This document shows, piece after piece, positions 1 through 9,782 of a stretch of DNA of 64,000 nt. Position numbers and translations under genes: made by a program. The stretch lies in the IMG/VR virus record IMGVR_UViG_3300028646_000003, positions 1-64,000 of that record. One strand, written 5' to 3'. This stretch comes from an uncultured virus (IMG/VR IMGVR_UViG_3300028646_000003) (lineage: Duplodnaviria; Heunggongvirae; Uroviricota; Caudoviricetes). Position 1 is the first letter of the stretch; every line of letters starts with the position of its first letter. The notes beneath the pieces are model-generated. The model saw nothing but the letters and a program-made list of their open reading frames with translations, was not told the DNA's origin and searched no databases.

Positions 1-309
1 TCATCTTTATTACTACATGATACTATTAAGAATGGATTCGAGGATAGTGGACATACTTTATCTGAGCATCCCTTATTAGCTTGTGATTTCATAGAAAATG
101 TATTTAATAAAAATAATTATAATGAAAAGTGTATAACCATTCAAAAAGAATTAATAAAATATTGCATAAAATCACATATGGGTAAGTGGAACATGGATAA
201 AGAAGAAAAAGAGATTTTGCCAAAACCAAAAGCAGAAATTGAAAAGTTGGTACATTTAGCAGATTACATTGCAAGTAGAAAATATATAAATTTCGGTTTT
301 GAGGTGTAG
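1..309 (+). CDS. HD-domain phosphohydrolase, 3' part (truncated by window start)
   Basis: Frame 1 is open from base 1 (SSLLLHDTIK...EHPLLA...SHMGKW...VHLADYIASRK) to TAG at 307-309. HD motif and C-terminal H-x-A-D present. Missing from the ORF track. Confidence 0.8.
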   Translation, partial: SSLLLHDTIKNGFEDSGHTLSEHPLLACDFIENVFNKNNYNEKCITIQKELIKYCIKSHMGKWNMDKEEKEILPKPKAEIEKLVHLADYIASRKYINFGFEV

Positions 310-313
310 TAAA

Positions 314-481
314 ATGATTAAATTGTTAAAAAATATTAAAGAATTTATGGAGAATTGTAATAAATTAACAGACGATGGAGGAAGATGTTGCTTGGCTTGT
401 AAGAATCGCAATGGATGTCAAGGAATGACTTGTGATTGGGAATTAAAAACTATTGATGAATGGACAGAAACATTTTTATAA
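314..481 (+). CDS. small Cys-rich hypothetical protein
   Basis: ORF 299..481; likely start is ATG 314 after GAGGTG. Confidence 0.55.
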   Translation: MIKLLKNIKEFMENCNKLTDDGGRCCLACKNRNGCQGMTCDWELKTIDEWTETFL

Positions 482-588
482 AAAGGATTATTAGAATTTA
501 TTAATATTAACTGCTCAATTATAAAGTTATGGTAAAAGATATTCTTTAAAAAATAAAAAAGTTATACATTAATTTATTAAAATAGTTG

Positions 589-617
589 TTGACAGTAGGA
601 AGATTTAGGTATAGAAT
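589..617 (+). promoter_or_regulatory. sigmaA-type promoter upstream of omega-RNA/iscB
   Basis: TTGACA(589-594)-17 bp-TAGAAT(612-617), preceded by an inverted AATAAATTAATGT box at 566-578. Confidence 0.7.
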
Positions 618-714
618 AATAAATGTACCAAGTAACAAAAAAACTTATTAAAGATAAATGATAATAAATTAATATGATAAAGATAGAAAGGAGAAATTAA
701 ATAAAAAGTATGTT

Positions 715-969
715 GTCAGTAACCTTACATATTTAATGTGTAAATTAATTTAGAAATAAATGAAATTTATGCTGTCTAGCCTAAGATTTGAAATATGATC
801 TACGTTAAATATAATATCACACCATAAAATGATACCCTAGTTTTATGCAACTGTGTAGGCTCTGTAAACAGTTCTATGAGGTAGGAACAGTCAACCTAGA
901 TTGGAAGTTTAACTTCAAATTATATTTAACATTGGCGAAGGGTAAATAAACTCTAAGGAGGGACGAAAC
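715..969 (+). ncRNA. omega-RNA (HEARO-like) scaffold of IscB
   Basis: Begins GTCAGTAACC and contains the typical blocks TAGCCTAAG, CTACGTT, GATACCCTAG, CTCTGTAAACAGTTCT..GGTAGGAACAGTCAACC and AACATTGGCGAAGGG, directly upstream of iscB. Confidence 0.85.
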
Positions 970-2220
970 TTGAGAGTATTCGTTAAAAATTTAAGAGGAC
1001 AAAACTTAATGCCTTGTTCTCAGAGAAAAGCAAGATTATTATTAAAACAGAATAAAGCAAAGATATATTCTTATAATCCTTTTAGTATACAATTATTAAA
1101 ACAAACAGGCGAATCAATACAAGAATGTAATATAGGTATAAATACTGGATATAGATATATGGGATTTGCAATAACAAGTAGCAATAAAGTTTTAATTAAA
1201 GGAGAAATAGAATTAAGGAACAATATAAAAGAGTTGTTATTTTCTAGAAAAGAATACCGAAGAACTCGTAGAAGTAGAAAAACTAGATATAGACAAGCGA
1301 GATGGAAAAATAGAGCAAGAAAGATAGGATGGTTAGCACCTTCTATACAATCAAAAATAGATAATGAAATATTCTGGGTTAATAAATTAAAATATTTATT
1401 ACCTAATTATAATTTAATAGTTGGCATTGGGAAATTTGATACTCAAAGACTTATAAATCCAGATGTGGATAATAAACATGGTGATTTGTACGGATATGAA
1501 AATGTAAAAGCTTATTTAATAACTAGAGAAAATAATAAATGTCAAATATGTGGGAAAACATATGATGGTTTAGGTTGGAGAATACATCATAAAAAAGAAA
1601 GGAATAAGGGAGGAAGTAATAGAGTTGAAAACTTAGCACTAGTACATGAACAATGTCATAAAGATTTTCATGCAGGGCTAATAAAAAAGAAATTTAGAAA
1701 ACCTAAAGAATATAAAGAGACAACATTTATGAATATATTAAAACAACGAATCATAAGTATATTAAATTGCACTGTTACTTATGGTTATATAACTAAAATT
1801 GATAGACAAAATTTAAAGTTAGACAAGTCTCAGTATAATGATGCGATAGCAATAAGTGGAATAAAAGAAATTAAAGAAAATTGCAATGACATATTATATA
1901 TAAAACAAGCTAGAAAGAAAAAGAGAAGTTTACATGAAGGAACGGCTAGAAAAGGGAGAAAAGAACCTAATAGGCAATCCAAAAGAAATTCTAAGAATAC
2001 TAAATGTTCTCATGGATTTTATTTAAACGATAAAGTTGAAGTGTTTGGTAAAGTTGGGTGGATAAGTGGGTTTGCTGGATATGAATGTTACATAAAAGAT
2101 ATAAGTGATAATTATATAGTTACCCAAAATAAAGCTGGGAAAGGCGTATCTCTTAAACTTTTAAAACTTATAAATCATAATAACAATTGGAAATATACAT
2201 ATAAACAAATTAATATATAA
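970..2220 (+). CDS. iscB: IscB (OMEGA RNA-guided nuclease), RuvC catalytic residues substituted, HNH retained
   Basis: N-terminal (P/N)LMP, RRTRRSRK bridge helix and HNH (CQIC..IHH..GGSN..NL..CH). RuvC motifs read GINTG, IVGIGKFD and SQYNDA. Confidence 0.92.
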   Translation: MRVFVKNLRGQNLMPCSQRKARLLLKQNKAKIYSYNPFSIQLLKQTGESIQECNIGINTGYRYMGFAITSSNKVLIKGEIELRNNIKELLFSRKEYRRTRRSRKTRYRQARWKNRARKIGWLAPSIQSKIDNEIFWVNKLKYLLPNYNLIVGIGKFDTQRLINPDVDNKHGDLYGYENVKAYLITRENNKCQICGKTYDGLGWRIHHKKERNKGGSNRVENLALVHEQCHKDFHAGLIKKKFRKPKEYKETTFMNILKQRIISILNCTVTYGYITKIDRQNLKLDKSQYNDAIAISGIKEIKENCNDILYIKQARKKKRSLHEGTARKGRKEPNRQSKRNSKNTKCSHGFYLNDKVEVFGKVGWISGFAGYECYIKDISDNYIVTQNKAGKGVSLKLLKLINHNNNWKYTYKQINI

Positions 2221-2224
2221 AGTA

Positions 2225-2253
2225 TTGACAAGCCAAACTATAAAGAGTAAAAT
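2225..2253 (+). promoter_or_regulatory. sigmaA-type promoter
   Basis: TTGACA-17 bp-TAAAAT, with AACAAATTAATAT at 2204-2216 and a 5' hairpin GTTGTGGTAGAT/ATTTACCACAAC at 2258-2290. Confidence 0.75.
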
Positions 2254-2303
2254 AAGAGTTGTGGTAGATAATAACACATTTACCACAACATACATAAAAG
2301 GAA

Positions 2304-2450
2304 AATATGCTTTAAAGAGTAGCTAAAACTACTCAAATAGGATAAAGAATGATTTAAGGGTTGATCTCCCCTAAGATTTAAGTAAAGTAGTAATTATTTA
2401 AATCGGAGATGTGCTGAAACGGTAAATTCAGCTATTCTTTAAAGCATATT
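2304..2450 (+). ncRNA. candidate structured ncRNA
   Basis: 21-bp terminal stem (2304-2324 with 2430-2450) enclosing internal hairpins; no ORF; lies downstream of a promoter. Confidence 0.55.
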
Positions 2451-2483
2451 ACATGCTAAATAAATTAATATATAAAGGAGAAA

Positions 2484-2786
2484 ATGTTAATGAGGAATTA
2501 TAAAGAAGAAAGACTAAACAAACTAGAATTACAACCATATAATATTGTAGTAGCTGAAACGTCTGAACCAGATTACGAAATGGGTAGAAAAATATTACTA
2601 GAAAGACTTGAAGGTTTAGAATATGGAGAATACGTTTTATTAGAAGGATATCATTGTAGTTGCTATGATTTTGATGAAACAGAATGGGACGCTATAGTTT
2701 ATACTAAAGAAGAATTATTAAAATTAGCTAATGCAGACTATAATAAAAATGATAAGTTTTGGAAATTAGTAAAAATCGCTCTATAA
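2484..2786 (+). CDS. hypothetical protein
   Basis: 100 aa ORF with AAGGAG RBS. Confidence 0.7.
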   Translation: MLMRNYKEERLNKLELQPYNIVVAETSEPDYEMGRKILLERLEGLEYGEYVLLEGYHCSCYDFDETEWDAIVYTKEELLKLANADYNKNDKFWKLVKIAL

Positions 2787-2888
2787 TCGTTCAGAATCAC
2801 TAAAAACTGAAAAAATTAGAAACTAACACTGAAAATCAATTATAGAGCAAGTTAGAAAAATGGACAAGATTTAAGAAATTCCAAAAAC

Positions 2889-2970
2889 AAGAATGGCTTA
2901 TCTAGGGCGTTACAAAGGTTGAATATCCAAATAAAAGAATAATTTTAACAACTATTCAACAAATTAATGT
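2889..2970 (+). repeat. composite intergenic repeat, copy
   Basis: AAGAATGGCT box, then TAAAA-GAATAA-TTTTA (2932-2947), 10 bp, AACAAATTAAT. Closely similar to 33074-33150. Confidence 0.75.
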
Positions 2971-3124
2971 ATAATAAAGTATTAAAAAGTTAACATTGCA
3001 TTAATGATTAGTCTTGTAAGACTAAAATGCGTACTACAATAAATTAATATATAAAGTAAAATAACAGAGAGAATCAAGTGAGTGAGACTAGCTTAAATTC
3101 AAATTAAGAGGAGAGAATTAAATT

Positions 3125-4405
3125 ATGGCAAAGGAAAAAGAAATCACAATCATCAAAAGGGGTAAAGCAGAATTTAATTTAGTAGGGAAGGCTAAAGTAT
3201 CAGGATTTACATTTAAAACAGATATCGAAAGTGGAAAAGAAGGTTCAGACTGGATTTATAATCAAATGAACTTAGGAGTTGAATGTGGAAAAGAAGGTAC
3301 TATATATGCCGATTTAATGGGTGGTTACGGTTCGGAAAGAGAAAATGTTGTATATGTTCACGGTAAAAAGAAAGATGATAGTGGAAGAAATCAAGATGAT
3401 TTTGAAAATGGATTTAAAATAGATTGGGAAGACAGACTAGATGAAGATAACTTTGATTCAATTGGAGAAAGATGTTTTATCACAGTAGGATTAGAAAAAG
3501 ACGATAAGGATAAAACGGTTTATAAGAAGTTTTTAACACCTTATGATGCTATTCAATATGTAAGTGAAAATTTACAAGATGGTACAGTAATAAATATAAA
3601 AGGAGATCTTAAATATAAACTTTATAAAGATACATATTCAGTGAGTAAAGAAATTAGAAGTATTGCATTATCAAATGCCACAGAAGATAAGTTCAAAGCT
3701 ACATTTACACAAACTATTTTTGTAGAATCAGATGCTATTGGAAAACCTGATAAGGAAACAATGACAATTCCTATAACTGGACACATAATAGATTTTGTTA
3801 AAGAATTAAATGGAGATAAAGTAACTAGAAAAGTTAAAAGAAAAGAAAAAGAAGGTTGTAATTTACCATTAGTAAAAGTATTTGATGTAGAAATCGCCGA
3901 AGAAAAAGAAAACACTATGAGATTCTTAAAGCAATTTAAAACTAAAAGCAAAAAGGTAACCGAAATTACGGTTGAAGGTATATTTACTAAAGGTTCTTTA
4001 AATACAGTCGAAGTTGGAGAAGAAGATATTCCAGATGATATCAAGGAACTTATTGAATTAGGAGTTATTGATAAAGATGAGGTTGTTGGTAAAATGGCAT
4101 TTGCAAATGGTTCTAAAAAACCTGAAAGAATGATAATTAAGAAACCTTTCATATCAATGGTTGAGTCTAATGGTAATAAAATACCTAAAATTGCAAAAGA
4201 AGCAGACAAGTATAATGAAGACGACTTAAATCCTTACTTAATTATAGAAGCTTTAGGTGGCAGAGTTATAAAAGCCGATGAAGAGCCTGTTGGCAATAAT
4301 GATACAGAAGACGAAGAAATTGATACCGATGATATAGATGTAAATAAATTAATGGGCGAACAAGATAATGAAGATGGCGACGAAGATTGGTTAAAAGACC
4401 TATAA
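3125..4405 (+). CDS. phage replication protein, probable ssDNA-binding protein (SPbeta YorF-like position)
   Basis: First gene of the replication operon, with a strongly acidic C-terminal tail (EDGDEDWLKDL). Function inferred from position and tail. Confidence 0.5.
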   Translation: MAKEKEITIIKRGKAEFNLVGKAKVSGFTFKTDIESGKEGSDWIYNQMNLGVECGKEGTIYADLMGGYGSERENVVYVHGKKKDDSGRNQDDFENGFKIDWEDRLDEDNFDSIGERCFITVGLEKDDKDKTVYKKFLTPYDAIQYVSENLQDGTVINIKGDLKYKLYKDTYSVSKEIRSIALSNATEDKFKATFTQTIFVESDAIGKPDKETMTIPITGHIIDFVKELNGDKVTRKVKRKEKEGCNLPLVKVFDVEIAEEKENTMRFLKQFKTKSKKVTEITVEGIFTKGSLNTVEVGEEDIPDDIKELIELGVIDKDEVVGKMAFANGSKKPERMIIKKPFISMVESNGNKIPKIAKEADKYNEDDLNPYLIIEALGGRVIKADEEPVGNNDTEDEEIDTDDIDVNKLMGEQDNEDGDEDWLKDL

Positions 4406-4511
4406 AATTACATATACAAAAGAATTTAAATAAATGAAACCTAGTAAGTATAAATATAATATCTATACTTACTAATATAATAATAAATTAAATATGAAGG
4501 AGATTGATTAA

Positions 4512-5480
4512 ATGTTTAGAAAACCAGCAAAAAGTAAAATAGGTGGAAAATTTTTCGTATATGGATTTTCAGGAGAAGGTAAGAGTTTCTTTGGATTAAC
4601 TTTTCCAAAGATAGGAGCTATAGACTCAGAAACAGGATTAGCTTTCTATGAAGATGAAAATATAAAAATAAATGGTAAAACATATAATAATCTAGCATTT
4701 GTGGATACAACATCTGATTTAGATGAATTAGAAGAAGATTTAGACAATATTATAGAAGGTGATGTTGATATAGAAACGCTTTTAATTGATTCAGAAACAA
4801 AGTTCTATAACACTATGGATATAGGTGCAACAGAAGCTGAAGAAAAGAAAGCTAAGTTAAGTGGGAAATCTGTAGATGCTAGAGCAAAATGGGGTAGAAT
4901 TAAAAATATTAATATGAAATTCCAACAAGCTAAAATTACTGCATCAGCAAAAGGTATTCATATTGTTTCTACAGCACAGGGAGTTGCTATAACTGACAAT
5001 GATACACAAAAGATAATAGGATATAAACCAGATACACATAAATCATTGAAGTTTGATTATGATGTTGTATTAAGATTTTATGTTGAAGAAGATAAAAAAA
5101 CAAAAGAAAGAAGATATTTTGCTGAGGTTATTAAAGATAGAACTCCTGTGACCGAAGTAGGACAAATAATTGAAAATTGTACATATGATGTATGGAAGCC
5201 ATATTTTGATAAAAGAAATGGTGTCGGTTCTGTAACAAGTGGTGCTAATTTTACTAAAGATTTAAAAAATTCAACAGATAGTGTATTAAATAATGCTGAA
5301 CTATCTACTAAACTAGCTAAGGATATAAAAGATTTTATAAGTGAACACAAAACAGAAACTAATATATTAAAACAACTTAAGGCTCTTGCAGATGAATCAG
5401 GTATTGATATGAAAAACTTAGATTTAGAAGAACCTAAGAAATTACAAGAATTTATGACTGCTATTAAAAACATTAAATAA
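4512..5480 (+). CDS. AAA/P-loop ATPase (Sak4/AAA_24-like)
   Basis: Walker A GFSGEGKS, then IDSE and LLIDSET motifs. Confidence 0.75.
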   Translation: MFRKPAKSKIGGKFFVYGFSGEGKSFFGLTFPKIGAIDSETGLAFYEDENIKINGKTYNNLAFVDTTSDLDELEEDLDNIIEGDVDIETLLIDSETKFYNTMDIGATEAEEKKAKLSGKSVDARAKWGRIKNINMKFQQAKITASAKGIHIVSTAQGVAITDNDTQKIIGYKPDTHKSLKFDYDVVLRFYVEEDKKTKERRYFAEVIKDRTPVTEVGQIIENCTYDVWKPYFDKRNGVGSVTSGANFTKDLKNSTDSVLNNAELSTKLAKDIKDFISEHKTETNILKQLKALADESGIDMKNLDLEEPKKLQEFMTAIKNIK

Positions 5481-5487
5481 AAAAGTT

Positions 5488-5514
5488 AATAGGCGAGTTT
5501 AATTCTCGCCTATT
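5488..5514 (+). terminator. hairpin / putative terminator
   Basis: AATAGGCGAG-loop-CTCGCCTATT after the ATPase stop. Confidence 0.55.
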
Positions 5515-5525
5515 CTTATAAAGAG

Positions 5526-6725
5526 GTGAGTAATATGAAAAGATTGACGTTAGAAGATATAAAAATAAGATTATATAATAAAAATAAAAATATAGCTATT
5601 CTTGATGATGTGTATATAAACTGTGATAGTGAATTATCTTGTAAGTGTTTGATTCATAATAATATATGGACTACAACTTGGACTAATCTCAATACTGGAT
5701 ATGGATGCCCAATATGTGCTACAGAGAATAAAATAAATACTCGTAGAAAAAATGCTGTAAAAAATAAAAAATCATTTGCAGATATATATCCACATTTTGT
5801 TAAGTATTTTAAAAACAAAGAAGATGCATACAAATACTCATATGGTTCTCATAAAAAAACTATCATTAAATGCGATATTTGTGGAAAAGAAAAAGAAGTA
5901 ACTATTAAAAGTGTACCAATAAATAGTATTTGCTCTTTTTGTAATGATTTTATTCCTTATACAGAGAAGTTTGTATTTAATCTATTAGAACAATTAGGAA
6001 TTGACTTTGATTTTCATAAAACTTTTGATTGGTCTCAAAACAAAGAATATGATTTTTATATACCTGATTTAAATATTTTAATAGAAGCGAATGGACTTCA
6101 GCATTATGAGGAAAGCTTTATTTCCATTAAAGGAGCAAGGAGTTTAAAAGAAGAAATAGAGAATGATAATTTAAAAGAATATTTAGCATTGCAGAATGGA
6201 ATATTAAAACAAAATTATATAACTATTGATTGTAGACATAGTACATTAGAACACATCAAAAATAGCATATTGAACAATGAAAAAATAACAAGTAAATTTG
6301 ATTTGAGTAATATTGATTGGTTAAAATGTGGCGAGTTTGCATGTAGCAATTTAGTAATAACAATATGCAATTTATATAACAATAAACAAGTAAGTAATTC
6401 GGAATTTATTAAATTCATTCAAAATAAATTTAAAATAGCTTATAAAACAGTTTTAAAATACTTAAAATCTGGAACAGAGTCTAAAATATGTGACTATAAT
6501 CCCAAAGACTCTTATAGAAATAATTGGAAATCTAAAAAAGTTATATGTTTAGATAATATGAAAATTTATGAAAGCGTATCATTTTTAAATAACATTTTCT
6601 TAGATGAATTCGGAGTTGTTAGCACCATTAGTGGAATATCTCACGCTTGCCGAAATAAGAAAGAATATAAAAATTTAACTTTTTTGTATTTAGAAGATTA
6701 TTATAGCAGGGAGGAATTGATATGA
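5526..6725 (+). CDS. putative free-standing homing endonuclease (Zn ribbons plus PD-(D/E)XK/Vsr-like domain)
   Basis: CPIC, CDIC and CSFC ribbons; EYDFYIPDLNILIEANGLQHY motif; C-terminal NUMOD1-like KKVICL..YES. Confidence 0.7.
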   Translation: MSNMKRLTLEDIKIRLYNKNKNIAILDDVYINCDSELSCKCLIHNNIWTTTWTNLNTGYGCPICATENKINTRRKNAVKNKKSFADIYPHFVKYFKNKEDAYKYSYGSHKKTIIKCDICGKEKEVTIKSVPINSICSFCNDFIPYTEKFVFNLLEQLGIDFDFHKTFDWSQNKEYDFYIPDLNILIEANGLQHYEESFISIKGARSLKEEIENDNLKEYLALQNGILKQNYITIDCRHSTLEHIKNSILNNEKITSKFDLSNIDWLKCGEFACSNLVITICNLYNNKQVSNSEFIKFIQNKFKIAYKTVLKYLKSGTESKICDYNPKDSYRNNWKSKKVICLDNMKIYESVSFLNNIFLDEFGVVSTISGISHACRNKKEYKNLTFLYLEDYYSREELI

Positions 6726-7177
6726 GTAAAATGTCCTTACAAGAAAAAGAAGAATGGAATGAGTTGTATGAATATGTGAAGAAAGAAATACTTAGATATG
6801 ACGAAAATATGAAACTTCCCAAAAATTTAATCCTCCGAATACTTGGTCTAAAAAACGGAAAATTCATAGCAAATAAGAAAACTAAAGCATTAGGAGATTA
6901 TTCATTTAAGATAATATTAATGACTTTTAAAATAAATAAATATGAAATAGTAAATGCACTAGCAGATAAAAGTAAATTTAAAGATGAAAGTCATATGATA
7001 AATTATATGATGGCAATTATTGAAAAGAAAATTAATGATACATATAGTAGATTAAATAGATTAGAACAATCACAAATAAAAGGGGAGAATTTAGAAATAA
7101 CTGAATCTGAAAATAAAGCCGAATACAAACAAAAAACAAAAGAAATCAAAAATAGCAGATTAAAGGAGTTATTATGA
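6722..7177 (+). CDS. conserved phage replication-region protein (YorH-like position)
   Basis: 151 aa, directly before the helicase. Confidence 0.55.
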   Translation: MSKMSLQEKEEWNELYEYVKKEILRYDENMKLPKNLILRILGLKNGKFIANKKTKALGDYSFKIILMTFKINKYEIVNALADKSKFKDESHMINYMMAIIEKKINDTYSRLNRLEQSQIKGENLEITESENKAEYKQKTKEIKNSRLKELL

Positions 7178-7178
7178 T

Positions 7179-8690
7179 ATGGTTAAGAAACCAAGTACAA
7201 CTAAAAAAACTGATGTTTCTAAAATCCCTGATGAAGAAATAAAAGCCATAAAAAAGGTGAAAGAATATAAGTTAATATGTGAATCCAACATCGTTTCTAT
7301 ATTATGGAAAGATGCAGACTTGTATTTTGACTATGACTCTTTAACATTATCGCATTTTACATATAATGAATGGAAAGTTTATTTCCAAATAGGACAAGAT
7401 GTAGTTGTAAAAGAGAAAAAGCCAATTCTAGACGAAATAACAATTAATTTATATTTAGAAAAACACAATAAGTTAAAAGTTAAATATGATGAATACGGTG
7501 GATTTACAACAATAGAAAAAGCTAAAGAGTATGTTAAAGTAAAAAATATTGAAGGATATATAGCAGAATTAAATAAATGGAATACAGTTATTAACTTAGT
7601 TAAAAATAGATTTCCAATTGCTGATAGACTAAGTGAATATGTAGATATGACATCTGAAGAAATCTATGATGAATATGAAGCAATTTTGAACCACATATTT
7701 ATAAATGTAGAAGGAGACGATGAAACTTTTACATTAGCTGACGGAATATATGATTTAATAGACGAATTAGATGAAGGTTTAGCAATAGGTTTACCCTTAC
7801 ATAATTCACCATTATTGACGCACGAAACTGGAGGGAACTTAGGTGGAAATATCACATTAATGGGAGGATTATCTGGGGCAGGTAAAACAACTATGTCAAG
7901 AACATTATTACTACCATCTATATTTGAGAATAATGAGAAGATATTAATAATGATTAATGAAGAAGGTAGAAAAAAGTGGCAAAGAGAAATGTTGATATGG
8001 GTAGCAAATAATATTTATAAAAAAGACATTCAAAAATACAAGCTAAGAGATGGTAAATTTGATGATGAATTTAAAACATTTCTAAGAGAAAAATGTGCAA
8101 AGTGGATAGTAGATAGAGGAGATCAAATTATATTAAAGCCTTTTAAAAAATATTCAACAGATAAAGCTATTAAATGTATTAAAAAATATGCTCATTTAGG
8201 TATTAAATATATGATGCTAGACACCTATAAAGCTGACTCAGATACAAAAGATACTGAAGCATTTTGGTTTAATCTTCAACAAAATATGGTTAAGATTTAT
8301 GACACTATAAAAGAAGAAGCACTAAATGTACATATATGGATAACATTTCAATTAGCAAAATCAAGTAGCAAACAAAGATGTTATACGCAAGAAAATATAG
8401 GTTTAGCAAAGAATATTATAGATGTAGCTTCAACTTGTATAATGATAAGAAAATTATTTGAAGACGAACTCGAAGGTGGTAAAAATGAATTAAAAGTATT
8501 TAAAACATCTGGGAAAAGTGGGAAAACAAAAATACCAGTACCATTGGATAAGAATAAGCATTATCAGCTATTATTTGTTGTAAAAAATAGAGAAGGTGGA
8601 TGTAACGAATATGCTATAGTTGTCGAACATGATATGAGTAAAAATATTTATAATGAAGTTGGAATTTGCGTAGTACCAGTAGATTTTTGA
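7179..8690 (+). CDS. DnaB-like replicative helicase
   Basis: Walker A GLSGAGKT, YMMLDTYK, ITFQL and VVKNREG motifs. Confidence 0.85.
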   Translation: MVKKPSTTKKTDVSKIPDEEIKAIKKVKEYKLICESNIVSILWKDADLYFDYDSLTLSHFTYNEWKVYFQIGQDVVVKEKKPILDEITINLYLEKHNKLKVKYDEYGGFTTIEKAKEYVKVKNIEGYIAELNKWNTVINLVKNRFPIADRLSEYVDMTSEEIYDEYEAILNHIFINVEGDDETFTLADGIYDLIDELDEGLAIGLPLHNSPLLTHETGGNLGGNITLMGGLSGAGKTTMSRTLLLPSIFENNEKILIMINEEGRKKWQREMLIWVANNIYKKDIQKYKLRDGKFDDEFKTFLREKCAKWIVDRGDQIILKPFKKYSTDKAIKCIKKYAHLGIKYMMLDTYKADSDTKDTEAFWFNLQQNMVKIYDTIKEEALNVHIWITFQLAKSSSKQRCYTQENIGLAKNIIDVASTCIMIRKLFEDELEGGKNELKVFKTSGKSGKTKIPVPLDKNKHYQLLFVVKNREGGCNEYAIVVEHDMSKNIYNEVGICVVPVDF

Positions 8691-8699
8691 TAAAATGAG

Positions 8700-9782
8700 G
8701 TGATAAAAATTAATGGTTATGAATTAAAACAGTATATAATAGAAAACAATAAAATTGAATATGTTTTAGAGGAAATAGGATGTACACACATTAAATCATA
8801 TACTAAAGAATATAGGTGTAAAACACCAACACATGATAATTCTACATCTACATCTATAAAAAAAGAATCTCTTTCAATAACTATTTATGGAAAAGATGAT
8901 AAAATAACAGGGGATATATACACTTTAGTTATGGATATTAAATCTTTAATATTTCCTAAAGCTGTTAAATATATACATGAAATATTAGGATTAAAATACT
9001 ATGGAATAAATACTAAATCAGAAACCAAAGAAAAAGTTGATATATTAAAAGTATTTAAAAAGGCACTTAAAAAATATAAAGATTATTATGACGAAGAATT
9101 AAAAGTATTAAGTGAAGATATAACTAAAGAGTATGAACAAATGCCATATATAGAATGGGTTAAAGAAGGAATACTTCCTTGTACTCAACAAACATTCGGA
9201 ATAGGATATAGTGCTAAAAGCAATAGGGTAGTTATACCTCATAGATATTGGTGTGGAAATGAAAATGATTATGTAGGACTTATAGGAAGAACCTTAATTA
9301 AAAATTACGATATGTTTGATATACCGAAGTATTTTCCATTATATAAATATCCTAAAAGTCAAAATCTATATGGATTACAAGAGAATTATAAAGGAATACA
9401 AGAAAAGGGATATACAGTTGTATATGAAAGCGAAAAGTCTACACTTAAACGCCATAGTAAAAAAGACTATACAGGAGTATCATTGTTTGGTCATGAATTA
9501 TCTATAGAACAAGCAAAGATACTTATAAGCCTAAATGTAGATATAATAATTGCTTTAGATAAAGATATTTCTTTAGATTTTGTAAGAAGTATATGTGAAA
9601 TGTTTTATGGAATCAGAAATGTATACTATATTTATGATGAATATGGATTGTTAGGAGAAAAAGAAAGTCCAGCAGACAAACATGAAAAAATCTATAAAGT
9701 GTTATTCAATCGAAAAGTCAAATATAACGAAAATGAACATGAAGAATATTTAAAATACTTAGAATCAAAGGAGATTAAATAA
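8700..9782 (+). CDS. DNA primase (TOPRIM); start may be ATT 8709
   Basis: Motifs RVVIP..GRT, LYGL, VVYESEKS and IIIALDKD; follows the helicase. Confidence 0.8.
   Translation: MIKINGYELKQYIIENNKIEYVLEEIGCTHIKSYTKEYRCKTPTHDNSTSTSIKKESLSITIYGKDDKITGDIYTLVMDIKSLIFPKAVKYIHEILGLKYYGINTKSETKEKVDILKVFKKALKKYKDYYDEELKVLSEDITKEYEQMPYIEWVKEGILPCTQQTFGIGYSAKSNRVVIPHRYWCGNENDYVGLIGRTLIKNYDMFDIPKYFPLYKYPKSQNLYGLQENYKGIQEKGYTVVYESEKSTLKRHSKKDYTGVSLFGHELSIEQAKILISLNVDIIIALDKDISLDFVRSICEMFYGIRNVYYIYDEYGLLGEKESPADKHEKIYKVLFNRKVKYNENEHEEYLKYLESKEIK

Noticed and set aside
715..2220. Active IS200/IS605 transposon
   Set aside because: No tnpA and no recognisable right-end hairpin after iscB.
2304..2450. tRNA, tmRNA or retron msr-msd
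   Set aside because: There is no cloverleaf or TTCGA loop, and no reverse transcriptase in the window. Kept only as an unassigned ncRNA candidate.
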